From Okeania sp. (GTDB lineage Bacteria > Cyanobacteriota > Cyanobacteriia > Cyanobacteriales > Microcoleaceae): DNA of 32,000 bases. The stretch is taken from positions 1-32,000 of the forward strand of contig NZ_JAYKGW010000138.1 of NCBI RefSeq assembly GCF_035285525.1, read 5' to 3'. Shown piece after piece: positions 16,975-26,047 of this stretch; the first letter of the stretch is position 1; each line of letters begins with the position of its first letter. A program made the translations under genes and the position numbers. The notes under the pieces were generated by a model. It saw nothing but the letters and a program-made list of their open reading frames with translations. It was not told the DNA's origin and did no database searches.

Positions 16975-17082
16975 ATACAACAGATTTCGAGTCAATGATT
17001 TACAGGATAAATACTTAAAACATTGTAGTGCGGGCAATATGCTCGCAATCAACCTCAAGGACAACAAAAAGTGCTGTCAAAT
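16975..17082 (+). repeat. Family W repeat, copy flanking the 5' side of the PEP-CTERM gene (same orientation as 16135-16243)
   Basis: TACAACAGATTTCGAGTCAATGATTTACAGGATAAATACTTAAAACATTGTAGTGCGGGCAATATGCTCGCAA...AAAGTGCTGTCAAAT. Confidence 0.8.
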
Positions 17083-18011
17083 CCTTGGAAAATGCTGTAT
17101 GCAGCTTTTCCTAACTTACGAAATCTAGGGAATTCTGAAAATAACCTTTTCTGCCGATTTTCGTAGAAAGTTACACACCCCCGTACAAATGTACTATGCT
17201 TTCAAGGGAAAGCTTGTATAGCAATGCTTTCAACCACCCTAACTATTGTGTCCATAATAGCCACAAAAAATATGTTTTGACTTATGAATAGCCATCGTCA
17301 TATAACACTATAGTACATAGCAAGAATAGCTCATAACGCTCCACTGGTAAGCCTCATAGCTATTTTCCCTAGTAACGGGTAGTTAAAAATAGTCTATAAT
17401 TACCTCTGGATAGTCTTATACGAGTTTTTCCTTAGAAGAGAAGTTCAGATAGATGACTTTTAGATAAACCCTTTATGTAAATCCACTTATTATTATTACA
17501 GAAATTCAATGGGTTTGTCTAGAGGATCTAGGTCAACTTTACCGAATCTTCATAAACCTCAGAAAAGGGGTTATTTTTCTCTCCCTTCTAGTAGTCATGT
17601 CCACAGTATATGAAATACAGTTATTGTTATGATCTTTTATACCTCTAACTTCCCTCTTCACCAAAGCCAAGAAATTATCTATCTGATATCAAATTCGGTT
17701 GAACAGTTATTATATAGTTGGAGAGGATGTGGGAGGGGGAATGGGGAGTATGGGAAGTGTGGGTATAAGTCATAATGAAATCATTAGACATCTCCAAAAA
17801 TCCCAAATCAAATCAATTATCGTACAGAAATTTATCAATTCTTTCTGACTATTGCCCATTGCCTATTGCCCCCAGACCTCTTTTCTGGTGATGTCTATAT
17901 TGTGAGAAAAAAGTGTAGGGGTTTTGTCTCCAAATCAAAGCGCCAAGAGACTTAGAAACCAAACCCCGCATTTATAAATCTTACAACCTATTTAGGATTA
18001 CTATATCAATC

Positions 18012-18092
18012 ACGACTTACGCAGAAACCGGGTTTCTTGACAGAAATTTCATGGCAATAAACCCGGTTTCTTGGTTGCTTTGCGTAAATCCT
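18012..18092. mobile_element. MITE-like element, AGGACTTACGCA-TIR family with GAAACCGGGTTTC cores
   Basis: The left end is ACGACTTACGCAGAAACCGGGTTTCTT and the right end is AAACCCGGTTTCTTGGTTGCTTTGCGTAAATCCT. Confidence 0.75.
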
Positions 18093-18250
18093 GATCTATG
18101 ATTACAGCAGTTTCGGAGACGCGTGAGGTACAAAATTTTATTTTCTGTTTAGTAATTCTGGTAACACAACTTTCCAGGTTGTTACAGCAAACGAAGGCTT
18201 TGTTACAAAAATATTTAAGTGTACCTCACCATCCTCATGCATTGCTGTAA

Positions 18251-18338
18251 TTACAGGATATTTAGGACAAAAGAGGTAAAAGATAAATGATGAAAGTATT
18301 GTAGTCCGGGCATCTTGCCCGCAATGGATGTACCTCTA
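18251..18338 (+). repeat. Family W repeat, partial copy, abutting a MITE fragment (18367-18429)
   Basis: TTACAGGATATTTAGG...GTATTGTAGTCCGGGCATCTTGCCCGCAATGG, followed by TTTGAGATTGCT...GAAAATACGTTGCAGTTGCGTAAGTCCT. Confidence 0.7.
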
Positions 18339-18481
18339 GGACTAAAGCCATGAGGTACGAAAAACAGGGGTTTGAGATTGCTTCCTGTTGTCGTATCGGA
18401 CGAAAATACGTTGCAGTTGCGTAAGTCCTGACCTAATAACCACAAAAAGCGTTGTATCAATTATCCATTATCAATTATTCA

Positions 18482-21400
18482 TCAACCTGTATTCCGCATA
18501 CCAGCAGCAATACCATTGAGAGTTAACAACGCACCACGCAATAGCTCACTCTTACTATAACGAGAATGAATTACACCAGGCGTACCCATATCTTGCTCGC
18601 GCAAGCGTTTCAGTAAAGCTACCTGCAACATACCCAGAGGAATAATAGTTCCATTTCTTAACTGCACAGAACGCTGTAGATTAGGATATTCATCTAAAGG
18701 TCGCTGATGACCAGAAATTTGTAACACTAAATCCCGTGTTAAACGATATTCAGTAGCAATTTGCTCAAACAACTGCTCAAACCTTTCTAAATCTTCTGGT
18801 TTAGATAATTCCCGCACATAATAATGAGCAATTTCCAAATCCACTTTTGCTAAAGTCATCTCTACCTTAGAAATCACAGTACCGAAGAAAGGCCACTTAA
18901 TATAAAAGTATTGCAAAAGTTTCAGATGTTCTTCTGGCTTTTGTTCCACAAACTCTTGTAAAGCAGTTCCCACTCCATACCAAGCAGGCAAAAGGAAGCG
19001 ACTTTGAGTCCAGCTAAACACCCAAGGAATTGCTCGTAAACCAGAAATTGTCTTCTTTTTATCATTCTTTCGCCGAGCTGGACGGGAACTAATTTGCAGT
19101 TGACTAATTTCCTTAACTGGTGTAACTTGATAGAAAAATTCGACTAAATCTTCTTGTTCATAAATAAGATGTCGATAATGGCTACGCGATCGCACTGCCA
19201 ACTCTTCCATTATGTCATTCCATTCTGGAATTTCATCAAACCCTGTATGGAGTAAACTAGCTTGAATTACTGCAGTAGTAACATTTTCTAAGTTAAACAT
19301 TGCTAACTGAGGCAGAGAATATTTAGAAGCAAGTACCTCGCCTTGTTCCGTAATTTTAATTCGCCCACTAATACTTTTACCCGGTTGAGCTAAAATAGCT
19401 TTATAAGCAGGACCGCCACCGCGTCCTACAGAACCACCACGACCATGAAATATCCGTAAAGCAATGCCATACTGCATACCTATTTTATGTAAAGCTTTTT
19501 GAGCTTTATGAATTTCCCAGTTACTACTCAAGAAACCAGAATCTTTATTACTGTCTGAATAACCCAACATTACCTCTTGCAGATAAGGAGTTTCTAATTC
19601 TGATTTCAATGCTGGGTTCGACTCTTCTGGCAATTTATCGTATCCACCAGCAAGCGCTGCTCGATATAGAGGCAACTTAAATAAATCATCCATTACCCTG
19701 GGAGCATTTCTCAAATCTTCTACTGTCTCAAACAGAGGAACTACCAAAAGATCACTTGCACCAGTTGCGGGATCGTAAAGTCCTGCTTCTTGAGCTAATA
19801 ACAAGACTTCCAACATATCGCTGACATCACGACTCATACTGATAATGTAGGTTTGGCAAATTTCTTTACCAAACTCTATTTGCAGTTGTCGCAGCATTCG
19901 GAAAGTGTCAATAATTTCACCGGTTCTCTCAGAAAAATGTAACTCTGTAGGAATTAGGGGGCGACGGGTAAGTAACTCTTTTGACAACCACTCAACACGC
20001 TCTGCTTCCGACATTTCCATATAAGATTTAGGCAAAATTTCTAAGTATTCAGTCACTTCCTGAATTACAGCCTCATGTACAGAAGATTCCTGACGAATAT
20101 CAAGTCGCGCTAAAGTAAAACCAAAGATTTCTACCTGACAAATAATATTTTCTAATTCACTACAGTTTAAACCAGTTTCTTTCAGGTTGCGCTCAATGAG
20201 TTGCAACTCTGCTAGAAAGTCTGCAGCAGTATAATAAACATCTGCTTTTTCTCTACCTTTCGATAGAAGTTCTTTTTCTCTTTGAAATTGATCGCCATTA
20301 TATAAACGCCAGTTGCGATCACGAGTATTTTCTAGACGTTTTTGCACATAAGACAACTTCAACCGATAAGGTTCTTGACGATAGCGAATTGCCCATTGGT
20401 CATATACTTCTGACATTTGTAGATGGTCGCGGTCTAAAGAGTCCAGCAATTCTGGTAATATATCACTCCAATGCAAAGACAAACTCAAAAGTTCTTTGAG
20501 GCGATCAACAGCATCAATATATTTATCTAATGCCATCTGACGTTGATAGCAAGCAGTTTCCCAAGTAACCTGTGGGGTGCAAAAAGGGTTGCCATCACGA
20601 TCAGCTCCCACCCAGGAACCAAACTTACAAAAATTGTTACTTGGTGGTTTTAGATAAGGGAAAGAATTATGTAACGCTTGCTTAAACCTACGATATAGGT
20701 GAGGAGTAGCATCAAACAAAACTTCATTAAAATAATGAAGAGTAGTTTCTACCTCATCTAGTACCGTAGGTTTAAATTGGTGTAGTTCATCTGTCCGCCA
20801 CCACAAAAGAATTTCTTCTGTTAATTGTTTTTTGAGAGACTCTATTTCCCAAGATGGAATCAAGTTCTTCTCTTCTTTTCCATTTACCTCTGGTTTCTCA
20901 AAGCTTTCATCTACCATATCTAGCTCCTGGAGAATTTTGGCAATACGTCGCTGTTTAGTTCTAATTGTCCGACGTACAATTTCTGTAGGGTGCGCTGTAA
21001 AAACCAAACGGATGTCTAAGTTATCAATTAATCTTTGAATTAACTGAGCTGGTACATTGAGAGTTTCTAGCAGAGGAAATAGGTAATGAAATGTACCCTC
21101 TCCTTCTGGTTGAGTTCTATTATCATTCCATATAGGTATACTTCCAACTGCCAACTCACAGGTCTCACCATTCTTAACTACATCGTTTTTATAGATTAGT
21201 TTTCGTGAATTTTTGTTGTGAGAGTAAGCTAGTTCTTGACTTCTTTGTTCATAATGTTGTTCTACAATATTGATTAGCTGAAAATATAGAGCAAAAGCTC
21301 TGGCAGCTCGAATTGCATCTTGGAGTTCTAGTTTTCTAATTAATTGTTCAATTTCTGAACCAATAAATTCCGAAGCTTGTCCTTCTGGAGAATGAATGGA

Positions 21401-21565
21401 GCGCATTTTCTGAAGTACATCTACCAACTCTTGGCCACATTCTTGCTTGAGCACTGACTCCCACAAATCTTCAACTACTTTGATTCTATGACGTAAAAAT
21501 TGATCCGAAATTGTCATTTCGGCATTTTTGAACCCTGATTCTAACATTGTCTGTTTTGTATTCAT
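18482..21565 (-). CDS. ppc: Phosphoenolpyruvate carboxylase
   Basis: 1027-aa ORF. It has the PEPC signatures [25 protein letters not shown] and [14 protein letters not shown], and the invariant C-terminal ...AGMRNTG. Confidence 0.97.
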   Translation of the reverse strand: MNTKQTMLESGFKNAEMTISDQFLRHRIKVVEDLWESVLKQECGQELVDVLQKMRSIHSPEGQASEFIGSEIEQLIRKLELQDAIRAARAFALYFQLINIVEQHYEQRSQELAYSHNKNSRKLIYKNDVVKNGETCELAVGSIPIWNDNRTQPEGEGTFHYLFPLLETLNVPAQLIQRLIDNLDIRLVFTAHPTEIVRRTIRTKQRRIAKILQELDMVDESFEKPEVNGKEEKNLIPSWEIESLKKQLTEEILLWWRTDELHQFKPTVLDEVETTLHYFNEVLFDATPHLYRRFKQALHNSFPYLKPPSNNFCKFGSWVGADRDGNPFCTPQVTWETACYQRQMALDKYIDAVDRLKELLSLSLHWSDILPELLDSLDRDHLQMSEVYDQWAIRYRQEPYRLKLSYVQKRLENTRDRNWRLYNGDQFQREKELLSKGREKADVYYTAADFLAELQLIERNLKETGLNCSELENIICQVEIFGFTLARLDIRQESSVHEAVIQEVTEYLEILPKSYMEMSEAERVEWLSKELLTRRPLIPTELHFSERTGEIIDTFRMLRQLQIEFGKEICQTYIISMSRDVSDMLEVLLLAQEAGLYDPATGASDLLVVPLFETVEDLRNAPRVMDDLFKLPLYRAALAGGYDKLPEESNPALKSELETPYLQEVMLGYSDSNKDSGFLSSNWEIHKAQKALHKIGMQYGIALRIFHGRGGSVGRGGGPAYKAILAQPGKSISGRIKITEQGEVLASKYSLPQLAMFNLENVTTAVIQASLLHTGFDEIPEWNDIMEELAVRSRSHYRHLIYEQEDLVEFFYQVTPVKEISQLQISSRPARRKNDKKKTISGLRAIPWVFSWTQSRFLLPAWYGVGTALQEFVEQKPEEHLKLLQYFYIKWPFFGTVISKVEMTLAKVDLEIAHYYVRELSKPEDLERFEQLFEQIATEYRLTRDLVLQISGHQRPLDEYPNLQRSVQLRNGTIIPLGMLQVALLKRLREQDMGTPGVIHSRYSKSELLRGALLTLNGIAAGMRNTG

Positions 21566-21701
21566 ATTATCTGTTCCCGTATAACTGATAACATCAAAAA
21601 TAAATGTAATTTTTGATACTGTTTTTGTTTAAATAAATGCTGCTTTTCTTAACCCCCCTTTCAAAGCTATCCCTTATAAACACTTCTGAAACCCTGTTGA
21701 T

Positions 21702-21729
21702 GGGGGTGGGGAGATGGGGAGGTGGGGGG
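21702..21729 (+). other. G-quadruplex-type G-tract cluster ~140 bp upstream of the ppc start
   Basis: GGGGGTGGGGAGATGGGGAGGTGGGGGG has at least four runs of G3 or longer with loops of 4 nt or less, in otherwise AT-rich DNA. A similar tract is at about 17741-17773. Confidence 0.5.
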
Positions 21730-21736
21730 AGAAAAG

Positions 21737-21846
21737 CCTCTAGTTAAATACTTTTACTCTCCCGCAATAACCATTAAATGGCAAGCTCATAACTTCTCTA
21801 TAATGTCTAAGTTTTATGTTAAGAAAGATGTTTATAAAGCATAGAG
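21737..21846 (+). repeat. Family Y dispersed repeat, copy 2
   Basis: Aligns with 8215-8323. This copy has TCTATAATGTC (a TATAAT hexamer) where copy 1 has TCTATCTTTTGTC. Confidence 0.8.
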
Positions 21847-22071
21847 GGAGAAGGGTTAAATTTGATACAGTCCTACATAGTAATGGTACACAAGAAAAAA
21901 GAATGTCGAAAACAGGGGCAAGATGCTCCCAAAACCGGGGCAAGATACTCCCACTGTTCTCGTCACAAAAATTATGACAATGTACGAGTATTACAATGCA
22001 CTACCACTAGTTTTTTTGTACTGTTCAAAAATTTACCACATCACCTTAGAAATAGGAGGAGTTTTGGCTAA

Positions 22072-22302
22072 AGAAACCCGGCTTCTGGGTTCTAGTCTAC
22101 AAGAAACCCGATTTCTACAAGAAACCTGGTTTCTGAGTTCTAGTCTATAAAGAAACCCGGTTTCTACAAGAAACCGGGTTTCTGAGTTCTAATTTACAAG
22201 AAACCTGGTTTCTGAGTTCTAGTCTACAAGAAACCAGGTTTCTGGGTGGGGCGGAAATAGTAGAAACCGGGTTTCTGGGTGGGGCGGGTTTCTGGGTTCT
22301 AG
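22072..22302. repeat. Array of eight full copies (plus one partial) of the 15-bp palindrome AGAAACC-N-GGTTTCT
   Basis: Palindromes start at about 22072, 22102, 22119, 22151, 22168, 22198, 22228 and 22262. They are separated by short spacers such as GAGTTCTAGTCTACA, GGGTGGGGCGG or ACA. Confidence 0.9.
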
Positions 22303-22312
22303 GAAGAGGCAA

Positions 22313-22561
22313 TTATTCATTATCTAATGAAGACTTATCAGATGAATTTTGGGGAAAATTCAGCATTGGTAGGCGATCGCCCCGAAATATTTCTTCACTG
22401 TATAGTCCAATTTCTAATAATGACTCATTAACAGCTTTATTAGCCAACAGACCCAATAAAACCGGACCAGTGGCCAAACTCAGGACAATATCTGAATCAA
22501 TTTTCCAACTAGGAGTGGTAAATGTAGGATTTTCAGGGGAATTTTCTCGAAAAGATTGCAT
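22313..22561 (-). CDS. Hypothetical 82-aa protein
   Basis: ATG-initiated ORF outside the repeat families. It has one hydrophobic segment (IVLSLATGPVLLGLLA) and contains a HIP1 site. I recognise no family. Confidence 0.4.
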   Translation of the reverse strand: MQSFRENSPENPTFTTPSWKIDSDIVLSLATGPVLLGLLANKAVNESLLEIGLYSEEIFRGDRLPMLNFPQNSSDKSSLDNE

Positions 22562-22586
22562 TTGTATTACCTTATTTTTTTGATAC

Positions 22587-22682
22587 AGGACTTACGCAGC
22601 AGAACCCAGAAACCCAGTTTCTCCTAAATGTTTCTTGCTCAAAACAATGATTTAGCCTAGAAACTGGGTTTCTTTGCGAAAC
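22587..22682. mobile_element. MITE-like element, AGGACTTACGCA-TIR family (right TIR degenerate)
   Basis: The left end is AGGACTTACGCAGCAGAACCCAGAAACCCAGTTTCT and the right end is CTAGAAACTGGGTTTCTTTGCGAAAC. It lies between the divergent 82-aa and 1048-aa genes. Confidence 0.65.
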
Positions 22683-22865
22683 AATTTTTTTAGCAAGTAA
22701 TGCTAATTTGTATATATTTTATAGTATAATTATGGCTCTATTATTTTTAATAATATGCCACTGATTTAAGCAAAAGGTTTTCTTGATCTCTATGGGTACG
22801 CTACATTCCCAAATACCAATGATATAGTTAAGCCAGTCAAGGGAGTCTCCCAAACTAACGAGAAT

Positions 22866-25800
22866 ATGAAAGGGAATAAAATCATACTGACGGAAAATAA
22901 ATCCCCTCTAGGAATTTGGGCACAAAAAGCCTTGGGACTTTCAGAAGTACAAGTACAAGTAAGATTGCGTGGCAATCACTTACATATCCTCTGTGAAGCC
23001 CAAAAATGTCCCGAAATGAATTTTGCCGTGGGTCGGTTTTCTCAGGCGCTGAGTCAGATTGATATAGAATCTCTACTACCTCCTCATCAACCTCGAATTT
23101 ACCAGATGTTTCTGTGTGGCCGGACTTTAGGCAAGAGGCGACCTGACTGGACAGTAAAACTTGATAGTAACAAAGTATCAACTCACAATCAGAAGGTAAA
23201 TACTCCAGCTAATTCTTATTTAATATCTGATTATGTTGCTCCTCAAAATTATGCACAAAATGCTCGTGGCAATCAAACTTTACCTGAAGCAAAATTAACA
23301 AAAGTTGGTGCTGGACAATCTTCTCAACTGGGTCTCCAGGAAAATACTCCCTCTAAATTACTCTTAAATTATCATTCAGGTCTGGTCTCGACAAATGACA
23401 CATTAGACCATCTTAACTTTTCATCACCATCATTAGATTCAGAGAATTTTTCTGACACTGAACCAGAAAAGTCCAAGTTTGAAGCACAGCTAGATGACAT
23501 CAAAAAATCAGGTCGATATCTACTTGATTCTCCTCTCACAGTTTCTTCTCAAAAATTAGCTGAATATGGCCACCCAGATGCAATAGCTAGTTATCTGAGT
23601 GAAATTTTAGGCGAGTTGGGGGTCTCTGTAAATGTCACTATTCGAGAAAGACAATTTAAGGAAAAATTAACAGAAACAACTTCACAGTCCGAAGATCATG
23701 GGGAAAATAATAAACTAAAAACCAAAAAAATATTATGGGTATCCTGTGAAGCAGGTTATAGTCCTGACCCATCTTTATTAGCAGAACCAATTACCCAAAA
23801 ATTACGACAACTCAAGCTGAAAGATTTTCATGAAGCGTTAATTTCTCTTTTGGTTCAGGGTGAAACAGCACCTGACTGGATGTTAAGGGTAGACATGACT
23901 CCCCCCGATCTAATGTTACAAGAATGGGCGAGTTGGGGGGATGTAGCAGCTATTGAAAGTTTACTTAAACAACAGTTAGCTACCCTCGGGGTGGATATCC
24001 GAGCTACTCTAAAAGAATCAACTTTACATTTATTTTGTACTAAAACTCATAATTCCCACCAACAATATCCAGATCAAAAAGAAACCAAACTAGCGATCGC
24101 TTCTCAATTAGAAAAAATTCTCCCAAGAGGTATCGAAGCTGCTACCATATACGGCTGTATTATCAATGAAAGTAAGTATAAAAAATCGGAATCACCTCAA
24201 TGGGTAGACTGGTTAAATTTACCAGCGTCAAAAAATCTCAGTCTATCTGTAAGTGCTAAAGTTTTGGCAAGTCAGGGAGACAATGAAGCGCTTAGTTTTT
24301 TGTTAAATAAATTACTGAATCCTAACCTGAATCAGAGATTGCAAACAGGTGGTATCCGGGTATTAATATTACAGAAGCAAGATTTATTGCACATTATGAG
24401 CGAAGCTCCTACCTGTCCTACTCAGTCTATGGTAGGACCTGCGATCGCTGGTTTCTTGCGTCAACTGAAAGTTCCTGGAGTTAGTGGGGTTAGGGTTTAT
24501 GGTCGTCGTGCTGGTCAAAAGTTGCCTTTGTGGCGCTATGGAGTTAATTTTGATGGAAAAAGTCACCAGCATTCTGGACCAACACCAGAGTTTGCGGCTT
24601 CTGTGGAAATGGATTTTTTATTAGGGAAAGAAGCGGATCATGTATTTCTAAAGTTAAAACCACAAACGACTGAAAATTTTGACTCAAAACTTTTGCTTCC
24701 TCAAAAGTATTCATTTACTGCACAAGTTTCTAGAAGTATTCAACAATTACTTATTGGTTCTCGTTTATTTCTTCCTAATGAGGAAGATTCGACAAAAATA
24801 ACTGATTCATTAAAATATAATGCTCGTAATTATGGTAAATGGGTTACTGCTCTTGTTTATGCAGCTTTGGGTATTTTATTTACAGTTCAAACTGATTTAA
24901 AAGTAGGTGCAATATTAGAAAGAGTTCCAGATATTTCGGAAGCAGAAAGTTTAGATGGAAAAGCAAATCCAGAATTGATAAATTATCCTACTTTTAATAG
25001 TTCCCAATTAGATGAACAATTAGTTCGTTATCAACAATATTTACAAGTAGAAAACAGATTACCAGATATTTTAATAGTTGGCAGTTCAAGAGCATTAAGA
25101 GGAATTGATCCGACAATGCTGGAGGAAAGTTTAGCAAGTTTAGGATATCCAGATTTAAAAGTTTTTAATTTTGGGATAAATGGAGGAACTGCTCAAATAG
25201 TAGATTTGATTTTACGTCGAGTTTTGCCACCAGAACAATTACCGCCATTAATTATTTTTGCTGATGGAGTTCGCGCTCTCAATGGTGGTAGAGTTGATAG
25301 AACTTTTGATATTATTGCTAGTTCTGAAGGTTATAAACAAGTAGATACTGGTACTTTTAAAATTGGGAATAATGTATCAGATAAATCAGATGATTTTGGC
25401 TTAAACATATTTCCACAAATATTCAAAAATATTCAGAAAAAAACAGAATCAATATCAGTTACTTATCAAGAGCGTGATCGCCTCAAGAACTTGCTTGTCT
25501 CAATTATTAATAATCCCAGAAATTGGAATGTTTTTAATCAAGAAGAAACCCTTGATTTAGAAGTAGAAAATTCTCCAGAGTTAGATGAATTTCAAGCCAA
25601 TGGGTTTCTGCCAATTTCCATGAACTTTAACCCAGAAAAATACTATGAAAATCATGCTGAAGTTTCTGGTGACTTTGATGCTGATTATGCTGACTTTAAA
25701 TTAACCGGAAAACAAACAACAGCACTCAAAAATTTACTAGAGTATACTGAGTCACAAGGGATTAATTTTGTCTTTGTAAATATGCCTTTAACTACACCAT

Positions 25801-26012
25801 ATTTAGACAAAGCCAGAACTGCTTATGAAAAAGAATTTCAAGAATATATGGAAGAGTTATCTTGGAAATATACCAATTTTATCTATCGAGATTTAGTTAG
25901 TATATGGCCTGAAAATTATGATTACTTTTCTGACCCTAGTCATCTTAATCATTATGGAGCGATCGCTGTTTCTCAAAAATTAGCTGAAGATGATATTATT
26001 CCTTGGCAATGA
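22866..26012 (+). CDS. Large uncharacterised membrane protein: four tandem copies of an unrecognised ~90-110 aa module, one TM helix, and a C-terminal SGNH/DltD-like (possibly DUF1574-like) domain
   Basis: 1048-aa ORF. The four modules fall at nt ~22902-23165, 23568-23894, 23934-24218 and 24267-24551. The TM helix WVTALVYAALGILFTVQT is at nt 24840-24893. The C-terminal domain has ILIVGSSRALRG, FNFGINGGT and DPSHLNHYG motifs, which resemble SGNH blocks I, II and V. Confidence 0.85.
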   Translation: MKGNKIILTENKSPLGIWAQKALGLSEVQVQVRLRGNHLHILCEAQKCPEMNFAVGRFSQALSQIDIESLLPPHQPRIYQMFLCGRTLGKRRPDWTVKLDSNKVSTHNQKVNTPANSYLISDYVAPQNYAQNARGNQTLPEAKLTKVGAGQSSQLGLQENTPSKLLLNYHSGLVSTNDTLDHLNFSSPSLDSENFSDTEPEKSKFEAQLDDIKKSGRYLLDSPLTVSSQKLAEYGHPDAIASYLSEILGELGVSVNVTIRERQFKEKLTETTSQSEDHGENNKLKTKKILWVSCEAGYSPDPSLLAEPITQKLRQLKLKDFHEALISLLVQGETAPDWMLRVDMTPPDLMLQEWASWGDVAAIESLLKQQLATLGVDIRATLKESTLHLFCTKTHNSHQQYPDQKETKLAIASQLEKILPRGIEAATIYGCIINESKYKKSESPQWVDWLNLPASKNLSLSVSAKVLASQGDNEALSFLLNKLLNPNLNQRLQTGGIRVLILQKQDLLHIMSEAPTCPTQSMVGPAIAGFLRQLKVPGVSGVRVYGRRAGQKLPLWRYGVNFDGKSHQHSGPTPEFAASVEMDFLLGKEADHVFLKLKPQTTENFDSKLLLPQKYSFTAQVSRSIQQLLIGSRLFLPNEEDSTKITDSLKYNARNYGKWVTALVYAALGILFTVQTDLKVGAILERVPDISEAESLDGKANPELINYPTFNSSQLDEQLVRYQQYLQVENRLPDILIVGSSRALRGIDPTMLEESLASLGYPDLKVFNFGINGGTAQIVDLILRRVLPPEQLPPLIIFADGVRALNGGRVDRTFDIIASSEGYKQVDTGTFKIGNNVSDKSDDFGLNIFPQIFKNIQKKTESISVTYQERDRLKNLLVSIINNPRNWNVFNQEETLDLEVENSPELDEFQANGFLPISMNFNPEKYYENHAEVSGDFDADYADFKLTGKQTTALKNLLEYTESQGINFVFVNMPLTTPYLDKARTAYEKEFQEYMEELSWKYTNFIYRDLVSIWPENYDYFSDPSHLNHYGAIAVSQKLAEDDIIPWQ

Positions 26013-26047
26013 CCTTAGATAGTCTAAGTGCATTGTGTCATCTAAAA

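Noticed and set aside
18251-18460. 69-aa minus-strand ORF downstream of ppc
   Set aside because: It is composed entirely of a family W repeat fragment plus a MITE fragment ending in GCGTAAGTCCT.
21740-22150. Three overlapping 67-75 aa ORFs upstream of ppc
   Set aside because: They lie across the family Y repeat, a degenerate family W fragment and the palindrome array. The apparent coding capacity is a by-product of repeats.
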